From: Phaeacidiphilus oryzae TH49
GTDB taxonomy: Bacteria; Actinomycetota; Actinomycetes; Streptomycetales; Streptomycetaceae
Length of the DNA stretch: 64,000 nucleotides
Direction: 5' to 3'
NCBI RefSeq assembly: GCF_000744815.1
Contig: NZ_JQMQ01000005.1
Coordinates: forward strand, 4,729,801-4,793,800
The notes beneath the pieces were generated by a model that saw only the letters and a list, made by a program, of their open reading frames with translations, was not told the DNA's origin and searched no databases. This document shows, piece after piece, positions 10,113-19,494 of the stretch; within the stretch, counting starts at the first letter, position 1, and each line of letters opens with the position of its first letter. The translations under genes and the position numbers were made by a program.

Positions 10113-10234
10113 GCGATCCTCTCGTCTTCCGTCACGTTCGGTAGTGTGACCCATTCGTCGATTGATGATCGATCAAACGGCGTTACTGTGGTGCCCACCG
10201 ACGAGTCCCGCACCGGCGAGAGGAAGGCGTTCCC

Positions 10235-11434
10235 ATGGCTCAGGCGCCCGAGATCCACGGCACGGCCGCCGAGGGCTTCGAGGAGCTCCGCGCGGTCTTC
10301 GCGGAGAACTTCGCGCTCCGCGGCGAGCGCGGCGCGGCCCTCGCCCTCTACCGGGACGGGGAGCGGGTCGTCGACCTGTGGGGCGGCACCGCCGACGCGG
10401 ACGCGGAGGAGGGCGCCGGACGCCCGTGGACCGGGGACACCCCTGTTCTGCTCCGCTCCGCCACCAAGGGCGTCGCCGCCACCGTGCTGCTGCTCCTGGC
10501 CCAGCGCGGACGGATCGACCTCGACGCGCCGGTCGCCGAGTACTGGCCGGAGTTCGCCGCCCGCGGCAAGGAGCGGGTCACCGTGCGGCAGCTGCTCTCC
10601 CATCAGGCCGGCGTGGCCGCGCTGGACCGTCCGCTCACCGCCGCCGAGGCCGCCGACGGGGTCAGCGGCCCGGCCGCGGTCGCCCGCCAGCGCCCGCTGT
10701 GGGCGCCGGGGGAGACGCACGGCTACCACGCGCAGACCTTCAGCTGGCTGCTCGGCGAACTGGTCCGCCGGGTCGACGGCCGCACCCTCGGCGGGGTGCT
10801 CGCCGAGGACGTCACCGAGCTCCTCGGTCTGGACCTGTGGATCGGCCTGCCCGAGGAGGCCCAGCCGCGGGCCGCCCGGATCGCCGAGGTGGCCGCCCCC
10901 GAGCCGGGCCCCGGCGCGCTGCGGATGCGCCCGCGCCGCGAGGTCGCCGCCGCGTACGCCGACCCGGGGTCGCTGACCCGGCGGGCGTTCGGGACGGTCG
11001 CGCCCCAGCCGGACGAGAACGACCCGGCCTGGCGGGCCGCCGAGCTGCCCGGCTCCAACGGTCTGGCCACCGCCCGCGGACTGGGCGGCTTCTACGCCGC
11101 CTTGGGCGCCGGGCACATTCTGGAGCGGCCGATGCTCCGCCGCGCGGCCGCCGTCCACGCCGAGGGCACCGACCGGGTGCTGCTCACCCGCACCCGCTTC
11201 GGCCTCGGCTTCATGCTCCACGGATCGGCCTGCCCGATGACCTCCCCGGGCGCCTTCGGCCACCCCGGCCGCGGCGGGTCGCTCGCCTTCGCCGACCCGG
11301 AGACCGGTCTGGCCTTCGCCTACGTCACCAACGGGATGCAGCCGAGCGTCACCTCGGACCCCCGCGCGCAGGCGCTGGTCCGCGCCGTCCGCTCGGCGAT
11401 CGCGCGGGGCGCGGGCGCCCGGATGGCGGCGTAG
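10235..11434 (+). CDS. Serine hydrolase, beta-lactamase/transpeptidase-like superfamily (class C beta-lactamase/esterase family)
   Basis: S-x-x-K active-site motif (SATKGV) about 75 aa from the N-terminus, YHA motif (HGYHAQ) and a HPGRGGS-like box. RBS GAGAGGAAGG lies upstream. Confidence 0.85.
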   Translation: MAQAPEIHGTAAEGFEELRAVFAENFALRGERGAALALYRDGERVVDLWGGTADADAEEGAGRPWTGDTPVLLRSATKGVAATVLLLLAQRGRIDLDAPVAEYWPEFAARGKERVTVRQLLSHQAGVAALDRPLTAAEAADGVSGPAAVARQRPLWAPGETHGYHAQTFSWLLGELVRRVDGRTLGGVLAEDVTELLGLDLWIGLPEEAQPRAARIAEVAAPEPGPGALRMRPRREVAAAYADPGSLTRRAFGTVAPQPDENDPAWRAAELPGSNGLATARGLGGFYAALGAGHILERPMLRRAAAVHAEGTDRVLLTRTRFGLGFMLHGSACPMTSPGAFGHPGRGGSLAFADPETGLAFAYVTNGMQPSVTSDPRAQALVRAVRSAIARGAGARMAA

Positions 11435-11461
11435 CGGAGTACGCGGGCGGCGTGGGCTGCC

Positions 11462-11510
11462 CGCGCTCCTCGCGCTCCTCGCGCTCCCCGCGCTCCTCGC
11501 GCTCCCCGCG
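11462..11510. repeat. Tandem 9-bp repeat (CGCGCTCCT, about 6 copies) between convergent gene ends
   Basis: Direct reading of 11462-11515: cgcgctcct cgcgctcct cgcgctccc cgcgctcct cgcgctccc cgcgcttt. It abuts the stop codon of the minus-strand LtrA gene. Confidence 0.8.
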
Positions 11511-11513
11511 CTT

Positions 11514-12816
11514 TCAGTGCCCCGGGGCGGCGATCCGCTCCAGCATCTCCCGCTGGTGCCGGTGCCCGACCGTCTCGTAGCCGAGCACCGTGACGAGCGG
11601 GGCGGCCATCACCACGATCAGGCAGACCGCGACGGCCACCCCGGCCGCCGAGAGGAGCACCGCGGCCACCAGGACGGCGAGGGTGGCGGCGAGCAGCAGC
11701 AGGTGGAACCGGTCCGTGGCGGACAGCAGCAGGGCGTGGAGGGTGTACACGGCCAGCAGGTACAGCCCCACCGGGAGGGCCAGCGCCAGCACGACCGTGG
11801 TGTCCCCGATCTCCGAGTGGTGCTCCAGCTGGAGCCCGGCCAGGTGGAGCCCGGCCCCGGCGCCCGCCACGGCCATGAAGACCGCCATGTGCCCGAAGCC
11901 GAAGACGTAGCCCAGATTGCGGCGGTGGACGAGGAGTTCGCCGAAGGGCGTGGCGAAGTAGACCCACCACATGCCGAAGGTCAGCCCGACCCCGGCGACG
12001 ACGATCGCGACGGCGTTGCCGGTCCACTGGGTGCCGTCCGGGCCGCCGAGGAGCGCACCGGACGAGGCGACCGTGCCGACCACGCCCTCGCCGAGGGTGA
12101 TGATGGCGAAGAGGCTGTACCGCTCGGCGATGTGGTGCGGATGCCAGGGCGTGCCGCCGGCCCACCCCTGGGTGAGCCGGGGAAGCACCACCTCCAGGGT
12201 GCCGAAGAGGACGAAGCCGGCGAGCGCGGCGCCCAGCGGCAGCGGGGCGAACCCGATCACGATCCAGCCGAGCTGGGCGATCGCGATCCAGCGGATGTTG
12301 GCGATCCCGACGTCGTGGTAGGCCGCCGACTGCCGGGCCGCGCGCCACCACTGGAGCCCCATGGCGATCCGCATCACCACGTAGCCGATCACGATGGCGC
12401 GCAGTTCGAGGTGGTCGCCCTGCCGGACGGAGTGGAACATCGCCGGCAGGCCGAGCGCCAGCACCACCACCCCGATCATCTGCACCATCGTCAGCACCCG
12501 GTACAGCCAGTCGTCGGTGTCGAAGGCCGAGGCGAACCAGGAGAAGCTGATCCAGGCGTTGGTGATGGCGAACATGGCCATCAGGAAGGCGATGACCGCC
12601 TGCCCCGGGTCGCCCTCCGCCAGCAGCTCCGAGAACTGCGTGGCCGAGGTACCGACCGCCACCACGAAGGTCAGATCGAACAGCAGCTCCAGGGGCGAGG
12701 ACACCCGCCCTCTTTCGCCCGGGTCCCGCCCGGCCATCGGCAGCAGCCGGTGGGCCGGCCGCAGTCCACCGGCCGGCCCCCCGCTGACCGGCCCCGTCTC
12801 TTCGGCGTCGCTCATG
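11514..12816 (-). CDS. Low-temperature-requirement A (LtrA) family membrane protein
   Basis: ELLFDLTFVVAV near the N-terminus is an LtrA signature; about 10 transmembrane segments. ATG at 12816 (MSDAEETG...). ORF is open further upstream, but that part is low-complexity. Confidence 0.75.
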
Positions 12817-13013
12817 CGCGCCAGGCTGCCACACCGGCGCAGGCCCGCGCGCGCAGCACGCGCGCGGGGGCCGGCGCGCCCCTCGCGGCGGGCGTGCCGC
12901 CGCACCGGCCGGCGGCGGAGCGGCGGAACACCCGCCGACTGTCGGTGGGGCCCGGTAGCGTTCCTCGGGTCGGCTGGGGATCGGCCGACCAGGACCGGAA
13001 GGGGTGGGGAGCC

Positions 13014-14027
13014 ATGGCCGGACCCGCGGCCGCAGCGCCGGAAGCAGCCGAACTCGAGCAGTACCGACGGGAGTTGACCGGGTACTGCTATCGCATGCTC
13101 GGTTCCGCCTTCGAGGCGGAGGACGCCGTGCAGGAGGCGATGGTCCGGGCCTGGCGCGGCCTGGAGCGGTTCGAGGGGCGCTCCTCGCTGCGCTCCTGGC
13201 TGTACCGGATCGCCACCAACGTCTGCCTGGACATGCTGAACGGCCGTCAGCGCCGGGCCAGGCCGATGGATCTGGAGGAGGTCGGCTCCGCCACCGGCCC
13301 GCTCAAGCCACCGCTCCCGGAGGAGGCCTGGCTCGGCCCGATACCGGACTCCCGGATCCTCGACGACCGGGCGCTGGACGAGCGGGCCGACCCGGCCGCC
13401 CAGGCCGTGCTGCGCGACTCGGTGCGGCTCGCGCTGGTCGCCGCGCTCCAGGAGCTGGCGCCCAAGCAGCGCGCGGTGCTGATCCTGCGCGAGGCGCTGG
13501 GCTGGTCCGCGGCCGAGGTGGCGGAGCTGCTGGAGACCACCGTGCCGGCGGTCAACAGCGCCCTCCAGCGGGCCCGCGCGGTGCTCGCCGAGAAGCGGCC
13601 GCAGGAGTCCGAGCCGTACCGCCCGATGGACGCCGGGCAGCGCGAGTTCCTGGCCCGCTACGTCGACGCCTTCCAGCGCTACGACCTGGAGACGCTGGCC
13701 TCGCTGGTGCACGAGGACGTGGTGATGCAGATGCCGCCGCTGCCGCTGTGGCTGCGCGGCCGGGACGAGGTCACGGCCTGGCTGAGCGGTATCGGGCAGG
13801 AGTGCGAGGGATCGGTGGTGGTCCCGGTGGGTGCCGCCAACGGCCTGCCGGCCTTCGGGCAGTACCGGGACGGCGGGGCCACGCCCTGGGCGCTCCAGGT
13901 GCTGGAGATCGAGGACGGCCGGATCACCGGGCTCAACAGCTTCCTCGACGTCGACCGCCTCTTCCCGCTCTTCGGCCTCCCGGAGAAGTGGACCGCCGGC
14001 GGCGGCCCGGATCAGGCGGAGGGGTGA
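13014..14027 (+). CDS. ECF-type RNA polymerase sigma-70 factor with C-terminal SnoaL-like extension (ECF41/ECF56-like, SigJ-type)
   Basis: Sigma-2 region (YRRELTGYCYRMLGSAFEAEDAVQEAMVRAWRGLERFEG), sigma-4 (LQELAPKQRAVLILREALGWSAAEVAELL) and a roughly 150-aa C-terminal extension. RBS GAAGGGGTGGGGA precedes the ATG at 13014. No adjacent anti-sigma gene. Confidence 0.85.
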   Translation: MAGPAAAAPEAAELEQYRRELTGYCYRMLGSAFEAEDAVQEAMVRAWRGLERFEGRSSLRSWLYRIATNVCLDMLNGRQRRARPMDLEEVGSATGPLKPPLPEEAWLGPIPDSRILDDRALDERADPAAQAVLRDSVRLALVAALQELAPKQRAVLILREALGWSAAEVAELLETTVPAVNSALQRARAVLAEKRPQESEPYRPMDAGQREFLARYVDAFQRYDLETLASLVHEDVVMQMPPLPLWLRGRDEVTAWLSGIGQECEGSVVVPVGAANGLPAFGQYRDGGATPWALQVLEIEDGRITGLNSFLDVDRLFPLFGLPEKWTAGGGPDQAEG

Positions 14028-14054
14028 ACGGCGAACGATCGGGTTGACGGCCCG

Positions 14055-14738
14055 TCAGCGGGCGGCGTGCGCCGCCCTGGTGGGGGCGGAGGTGAGGAGC
14101 GGGCGGAGCACCCCCTCGCTCAGCCGCCCCACCAGGGGGGTGGCCACCCGCCCGAGGAGCGCGCTGACCGCGAAGGCCACCGGGAGGGCGAGGACGAAGG
14201 CGCCCAGCACGTCGTGGGGGTAGTGGGCGCCCACGTACACCCGGGTGAAGCCCTCCAGGAGGGCGAAGAGCGCGGCCACCGCGCAGAGCCGCCGGCTGAC
14301 CAGGTACAGTCCGGCGACGGTGGCCGCGGCGGTGGTGGAGTGGCCGCTGGGGAAGGCGTAGTCGTTGAGCGGGGGGCAGGCCTCGACGATGAAGGCGTGC
14401 GGCACGGAGCGGCACGGCCGCACCTCCGCCACCAGCTTCTTGGCCACCTCGGCCACCGCGAAGGCGAACACCACGGCGACCGGGGCGGCCAGCGCGGTGG
14501 TCATCGCCCGCGGGTCGTTCGCCTTCCGGGCGCCCCACCAGCCGAGCACCATCAGCAGGGCGAAGACCAGCAGTCCGATGTTGGTCCAGGACTCCAGCGG
14601 GCCGTTCAGCCAGCGGGTGTCCCGGGCCAGGTCGGTGACCGAGCGGAAGAGCGAGCCGTCGATCCCCGAGCCGTCGAAGGCGAGCTGCGGGTGGACGCTG
14701 TGCGGCGGGCCGGGCGGCGGCGGGGGGAAGGCTGGCAT
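14055..14738 (-). CDS. PAP2 superfamily phosphatase (phosphatidic acid phosphatase type 2 / undecaprenyl-PP phosphatase-like)
   Basis: PSGHS and SRVYVGAHYPHDV motifs (PAP2 motifs II/III) with transmembrane segments. ORF is open to 14777; start taken at the internal Met (MPAFPPP) at 14738. Confidence 0.75.
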   Translation of the reverse strand: MPAFPPPPPGPPHSVHPQLAFDGSGIDGSLFRSVTDLARDTRWLNGPLESWTNIGLLVFALLMVLGWWGARKANDPRAMTTALAAPVAVVFAFAVAEVAKKLVAEVRPCRSVPHAFIVEACPPLNDYAFPSGHSTTAAATVAGLYLVSRRLCAVAALFALLEGFTRVYVGAHYPHDVLGAFVLALPVAFAVSALLGRVATPLVGRLSEGVLRPLLTSAPTRAAHAAR

Positions 14739-14842
14739 CCTGTCATTCCTGACTGCCCGCCCGGCTGCTGCGGGCATGGCACACTGAGGGACGGCTGAGC
14801 TTCTACAAGACTGTAGATGAAGGAACGGACGGCAGAGTAGCA

Positions 14843-15244
14843 GTGCGAGGAGAGCGGCGGCGGGGACAGGGCGTGCTGGAGGCGGAGGTGCTGGCCCAGC
14901 TGCAACAGGCGGCCGAGGTCTGCCCGCTGACGCCGGCCCAGGTCCGGGAGCGCCTCCCGGCCGGGTCGGACGGCGAGGAGCTGGCCTACAGCACGGTGGT
15001 CACCGTCCTCTCCCGGCTCTACGAGAAGGGCCTGCTGGCGCGGGTCCGGCAGGGCAGGGCGTACGCCTACACGCCGGTCGCCGACCGGCACGGGCTCACG
15101 GCCCGCCGGATGCACCGGATGATGGACGCCGACCCCGACCGGGAGGCCGTCCTCAGCCGCTTCGTCGACGACCTCTCGGCCCGGGACGAGGACCTGCTGC
15201 GCCGCCTCCTCGGCGGCCCGGAGGCCCCGGGGGAGGGGGGCTGA
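14843..15244 (+). CDS. BlaI/MecI/CopY family transcriptional repressor
   Basis: 133 aa; winged-helix N-terminus (EAEVLAQLQQAAEVCPLTPAQVRERL...YSTVVTVLSRLYEKGLLAR) typical of penicillinase-repressor family proteins. Directly followed by an M56 peptidase gene. Confidence 0.8.
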   Translation: MRGERRRGQGVLEAEVLAQLQQAAEVCPLTPAQVRERLPAGSDGEELAYSTVVTVLSRLYEKGLLARVRQGRAYAYTPVADRHGLTARRMHRMMDADPDREAVLSRFVDDLSARDEDLLRRLLGGPEAPGEGG

Positions 15245-15245
15245 C

Positions 15246-16289
15246 GTGCTCTCCCTGGTCTACCTGGTCTATCTGCCGCTGCTGCTCCCGGTGCTCGCGG
15301 CCGGCACCGCCCGGCCGATCGCCGAGCGGGTCGAACCCCGGCTCGCCACCTGGCTGCTGACCCTCTCCGCGCTCGCCCTCGCGGCCGGCAGCGGGATCTC
15401 CCTCGGGGTGCTGGCGGTGGCCGGGGTGGCCCGGCTGCCGCTGGCCGGGCTGATCGGCGACTGGTCGGTCGGCACGGTCCGCACCGGCGACCCGGTCGGC
15501 CTGGCCGAGGCGGCGCTCGCCGGGCTCCTCTTCACGGTGGCGCTGGGCGCGGCACTGCGGATGCTGTGGCGGCGGATGCGGGCGCTGGTCGCGGCCGGCT
15601 TCGAGGCGTACTGCCTGCCGGGCGCGGGCGAGCTGGCGGTGGTCGAGGACGAGCGGCCGGAGGCGTACGCGCTGCCCGGGCTGCCGAACGGTGGCTCGCC
15701 GCCGGACCCGGGCCGTTCCAGGTCCTGGGGGCGGATCGTGGTCTCCACCGGGATGCTGCGCAGCCTCGACCAGTCCGAGCGCGAGGTGCTCTTCGCCCAC
15801 GAGCGGGCCCATCTCGCCTGCCACCACTACGCGTTCGTCGCGGCGGCGCATCTGGCCTCGGCGGCCAACCCGCTGCTGCGGCCGGTCGCCGCGGCGGTGG
15901 CCTACACCGTCGAGCGCTGGGCCGACGAGCGGGCCGCGACGGCCTGCGGCGACCGGCGCCGGGTGGCGCAGGCGGTGGGCAAGGCGGCGCTGGCCGCCAA
16001 GCGGCACCGGCGGCGGCGCGGATCCCGGCTGCCGGCGGCGGCGCTCGGTCTGGTCGCGGGGCGGCACGGCCGGAACGGCCGGAAGGACCGGAAGGACCGG
16101 AAGGACCGGCGGGATCCGCTGCGCGGTGCCGGTCCGGTTCCGCGCAGGGTGGCGGCGCTGCTGACGCCGCCGGCGTACCTCAGGCTGGTGCCGCAGTCGG
16201 TGACGGCCCTGCTGGTCGGCGCCAGCGTGCTGTGCGCGACGGCGGCGGCGCGGGACCTCCACCATCTGCTGAAGATCGCCCACGGCTGA
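15246..16289 (+). CDS. M56-family (BlaR1-like) zinc metallopeptidase membrane protein
   Basis: HExxH motif (FAHERAHLACHH) after N-terminal transmembrane segments. GTG at 15246 overlaps the BlaI-like stop. Contains an internal KDRKDRKDR tract encoded by a 9-bp tandem repeat. Confidence 0.75.
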   Translation: MLSLVYLVYLPLLLPVLAAGTARPIAERVEPRLATWLLTLSALALAAGSGISLGVLAVAGVARLPLAGLIGDWSVGTVRTGDPVGLAEAALAGLLFTVALGAALRMLWRRMRALVAAGFEAYCLPGAGELAVVEDERPEAYALPGLPNGGSPPDPGRSRSWGRIVVSTGMLRSLDQSEREVLFAHERAHLACHHYAFVAAAHLASAANPLLRPVAAAVAYTVERWADERAATACGDRRRVAQAVGKAALAAKRHRRRRGSRLPAAALGLVAGRHGRNGRKDRKDRKDRRDPLRGAGPVPRRVAALLTPPAYLRLVPQSVTALLVGASVLCATAAARDLHHLLKIAHG

Positions 16290-16313
16290 GGCCGGCGCGC
16301 GCCCCGGCCGCGG

Positions 16314-16808
16314 TCAGCGGGCGAGCCGCACCACCGCGCGCCCCAGCGTCGCCCGGCGGCCGTCGGCGGACTCCGTCCACAGCTCGATCTCCGCGACGGG
16401 GCCGGCGGCTTCGCCGACCTCGGCGACCCGGCCGACCCCGCCGGCCTGGTCGACCTCACCGACCTGGCTGGCCTGGCCGACCTCACCGACATCGCCGACC
16501 TCGGTGACCCGGCCGCCGCAGGCGATCGGCTCGCCGCAGTAGTCCATCCCCCGGTAGGAGGCCTCCAGTGACAGCAGCCGGTCCCCGGGGCGCAGCCACC
16601 CCGTCACCAGCTGCCCGAGCCAGGCGGTCTTGAGCAGCCCCTGCACGGGGAAGCCGGGGAAGCCCTGCTCCGCCGCGAACTCCCGGTCGTAGTGCAGCGG
16701 GTAGAAGTCCCCGGAGGAGGACGCGTACCGCACCAGGCGGGTGAGGTCCGGCGTCACCGTCCACCCCGGCAGCTCGGCCCCCGCGGCCACCTTCTCGGGC
16801 CTCATCGC
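16314..16808 (-). CDS. MaoC-like (R)-specific enoyl-CoA hydratase/dehydratase hot-dog protein (HadB-like)
   Basis: YASSSGDFYPLHYDREFAAEQGFPGFPVQG is a MaoC dehydratase signature. Internal Met at 16808 of a longer spurious ORF. Contains a repetitive EVGDVGEVGQ...VGEVDQAGGVGRVAEVGE insertion. Confidence 0.7.
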   Translation of the reverse strand, partial: AMRPEKVAAGAELPGWTVTPDLTRLVRYASSSGDFYPLHYDREFAAEQGFPGFPVQGLLKTAWLGQLVTGWLRPGDRLLSLEASYRGMDYCGEPIACGGRVTEVGDVGEVGQASQVGEVDQAGGVGRVAEVGEAAGPVAEIELWTESADGRRATLGRAVVRLAR

Positions 16809-16810
16809 GG

Positions 16811-17299
16811 TCACCGCCGGATCCGGGTGCCGACGTGCCGGGCGACGACCTCGCCGGTGTCGTCCCGGCGGAACTCGGTGCGGAAGGTCAGCACCGCCAT
16901 CCGCCCGGAGCGGCCGGCCTTCTCCACCGCCTCCACCAGCTCGGTCCGCGAGCGCAGCACGTCGCCGAGCCGCAGTTCGGGCGCCGCCTCCGGGTACTCG
17001 AAGCGGTCGCCGCCGTTGAGCCAGCCCTGCCCGTACGCCAGTGCGGCGGGGCACTCGGGCGGCTCGTCCACGAAACCGCAGAGCAGCGTCGGCGGGACGG
17101 CCAGGTCGTCGGGGACGGCCCCCGGCGCGGGCGCGGCGGCGGTCCGCCCGTCCACCGCGATCGCGGTGAGGAAGTCGCCGAGATGCCGGTGCTCGACGCG
17201 GTCCACGCGCTCCCGGCCCTGCCAGCCGACGGCCGCGGCGAGCCGCGCCATCTCCTCGGATACCTGCGGTGCCGCCGCACCCGGAGTCGCTGAAGTCAC
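16811..17299 (-). CDS. MaoC N-terminal-like hot-dog protein (HadA-like non-catalytic dehydratase partner)
   Basis: About 160-aa hot-dog fold protein immediately upstream of, and 2 nt from, the MaoC dehydratase gene. The pair arrangement resembles HadA/HadB. GTG start at 17299. Confidence 0.7.
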   Translation of the reverse strand: MTSATPGAAAPQVSEEMARLAAAVGWQGRERVDRVEHRHLGDFLTAIAVDGRTAAAPAPGAVPDDLAVPPTLLCGFVDEPPECPAALAYGQGWLNGGDRFEYPEAAPELRLGDVLRSRTELVEAVEKAGRSGRMAVLTFRTEFRRDDTGEVVARHVGTRIRR

Positions 17300-17479
17300 C
17301 GTTCTTCTCTATCACGGGCTACCTCTGCCGACGTACCGCGGCCGGGTTCGCCGGGGATTGTCAGACCCCTCCGCCAGAATGCGGACAGGAGCCGATTCTG
17401 ACGGGCCATCAGAGCGTGATCCCCCAGCGTGATCCCCCAGCGTGATCCCACAGCACGACCGATCCGAGGAGTTGAAGTC

Positions 17480-18253
17480 ATGCACATGGACAAACCGACC
17501 ACCCACACCCCCTGCTGGGTGGAGCTCGGCACCTCCGACCCGGAGGCGGCCAAGCGGTTCTACGCCGCCGTCTTCGGCTGGCGCGCGGCCACCGACCCCC
17601 GCCCCGAGGCGGGCGGCTACACCATCCTCCATCTCGGCGAGAGCACCGCCGACGCCCCCGTGGCCGCGCTGATGGGGCTGATGGGCGAGGGCCAGCCGAC
17701 GGCCTGGTCGATCGCCTTCTCGGTGACCGACGCGGACGCCGCCGTCGCCGCCGTCCGCAAGGCCGGCGGCAGCCTGATCGTGGACCCGATGGACGTCTTC
17801 GAGGAGGGCCGCTACGCGGTCGTCGCCGACCCCTCCGGCGCCGCCTTCGCGCTCTGGCAGCCGCGCGCCTTCGACGGCTTCACCTCGTACGAGGCGAACG
17901 GCGGGATGTGCTGGGCCGAGCTGCACACCGACGACACCGCCGGCGCCGAGCGCTTCTACCCGGCGGTCTTCGGCTGGACCGTCCGGCGGTCGGTCGACTT
18001 CTACGCCATGTTCTCCCTCGGCGAGGCCGACTTCGGCGGCCTGGCCGGGATCGACGAGGAGCACACCCCGGGCGCCCGCCCCCACTGGCTGCCGTACTTC
18101 GGTGTGGAGGACGTGGACGCCGCTGTGGAGCGGGCCGCGGCGGCCGGCGGCCGGGCGGTGATGGGCCCGGTTCAGGTCCCGGACGGCCCCTACATCGCGG
18201 TGGTGAGCGATCCGCAGGGGGCCGTCTTCGGCCTGCTGCGAGGCGCCGCCTGA
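17480..18253 (+). CDS. VOC (glyoxalase/bleomycin-resistance/dioxygenase) family protein, two tandem VOC domains
   Basis: Repeated half-domains (PCWVELGTSDPEAAKRFYAAVFGW... / MCWAELHTDDTAGAERFYPAVFGW...). GAGGAG RBS precedes the ATG at 17480. Paralogous to the gene at 44668-45465. Confidence 0.8.
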   Translation: MHMDKPTTHTPCWVELGTSDPEAAKRFYAAVFGWRAATDPRPEAGGYTILHLGESTADAPVAALMGLMGEGQPTAWSIAFSVTDADAAVAAVRKAGGSLIVDPMDVFEEGRYAVVADPSGAAFALWQPRAFDGFTSYEANGGMCWAELHTDDTAGAERFYPAVFGWTVRRSVDFYAMFSLGEADFGGLAGIDEEHTPGARPHWLPYFGVEDVDAAVERAAAAGGRAVMGPVQVPDGPYIAVVSDPQGAVFGLLRGAA

Positions 18254-18279
18254 CGGCACGCCGGTCCCGGGCCGGCCGG

Positions 18280-19494
18280 TCAGTAGCGCGGTCGCACGAC
18301 CCCCGGGGACGGCATCCGGTCCAGGGTGGTCACCCGGACCACCGTCCCCGGCCGGGGTGCGTGCACCACCAGCCCGTCGCCGATGTACATCCCCACATGG
18401 GTCGCCCCGGGGAAGTAGACGACCAGGTCCCCGGGGCGCAGCGGCTGCCCCGCCGGCACCCGGGGCAGGCCCGCGAACTGCGCCTGGCTGGTGCGCGGGA
18501 TCCGCACCCCGGCCGCCGCCCAGGCCTGCGAGGTCAGGCCCGAGCAGTCGTATCCGGAGGGCGAGGTGCCGCCCCAGACGTAGGGGGTGCCGATGTGCGC
18601 CAGCGCGAAGAGGACCGCCCGCAGGGCCTTGCCGTCCGGCTGGAGGTCTGGACCGGCGGCCCGGCCGGGCAGCGCCCGCAGCAGGCCGGAGGCCGCGCTG
18701 CCGTCCCCGAAGCGGGCGGCGATCCCGGCCAGCAGGGCGTCCCGGCGGGCGGTGAGCGCGGGGCGGGAGGCCGCGACGGCGTCCCGGCGCCGCTCGGCCG
18801 CGGTGGCCGCGGCGGCGGCCCGGGCCGCCTGCGCGGCGCGCAGTGCGGCGACCCGGCGGGCCTCCTGGTAGGCCACGGTGTAGGCGTGCCGGGCCTGGTA
18901 CTCGGCGCTCTGCCGGTCGGCCAGCCGCTGGGCTCCGCCGCGCCCGGTGAGGAGGTCGGTGAGCCCGGCCAGCGGGCCGTCGGCGTACTGGTAGCCGGCC
19001 AGCCGGGCCATCGCGTCGCCCATCAGCTCGCGGCGGACCCGCTGCCAGGCGGCCTTGGCGGCCAGCTGCCCGGCCTGCGCGCGCAGCGCCGAGGCCTGCG
19101 CGGAGAGGGCGTCCACCCGGGCCTGCAGACCGGAGAGTTGACGGAACGTCCGGTCCAGGGCGTCCAGGGTGGACGGGGCCGGCGCGTTCCCGCGTGCGGC
19201 CACCGGCCCGGGGCCGGTGCCGACCGCCGCCGAGTCGGGGTCGGCGTCGGCGTCAGGCCCGGGGCCGGGGGCCGGCGTCGCGGCACCCGCCAGGGGCCGG
19301 GCAGCCGACCCGGCGGCAGGGGCGAGGAGGAGGTTGGCACCCGGCAGCGCGGCCGGCCCGAGTGCCGCGAGGGGGCCCGTACCCGGGCGGGTGCCCGGCC
19401 GGGCGCCCGGACCCGGCGCTCCCGCGACCGCCGTCACCGCCGCCGCCCGCTCGGCGCCGAAGGCGACCCCCGCCGCCCCGCGGAGCCCGCGCAC
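18280..19494 (-). CDS. NlpC/P60 family peptidoglycan endopeptidase with N-terminal coiled-coil (RipA-like)
   Basis: C-terminal NlpC/P60 domain (HIGTPYVWGGTSPSGYDCSGLTSQAWAAAGVRIPRTSQAQF...GDLVVYF...HVGMYIG) carrying the Cys-His catalytic residues. GTG at 19494 is the first start in frame, but the N-terminus has no signal peptide. Confidence 0.75.
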   Translation of the reverse strand: MRGLRGAAGVAFGAERAAAVTAVAGAPGPGARPGTRPGTGPLAALGPAALPGANLLLAPAAGSAARPLAGAATPAPGPGPDADADPDSAAVGTGPGPVAARGNAPAPSTLDALDRTFRQLSGLQARVDALSAQASALRAQAGQLAAKAAWQRVRRELMGDAMARLAGYQYADGPLAGLTDLLTGRGGAQRLADRQSAEYQARHAYTVAYQEARRVAALRAAQAARAAAAATAAERRRDAVAASRPALTARRDALLAGIAARFGDGSAASGLLRALPGRAAGPDLQPDGKALRAVLFALAHIGTPYVWGGTSPSGYDCSGLTSQAWAAAGVRIPRTSQAQFAGLPRVPAGQPLRPGDLVVYFPGATHVGMYIGDGLVVHAPRPGTVVRVTTLDRMPSPGVVRPRY

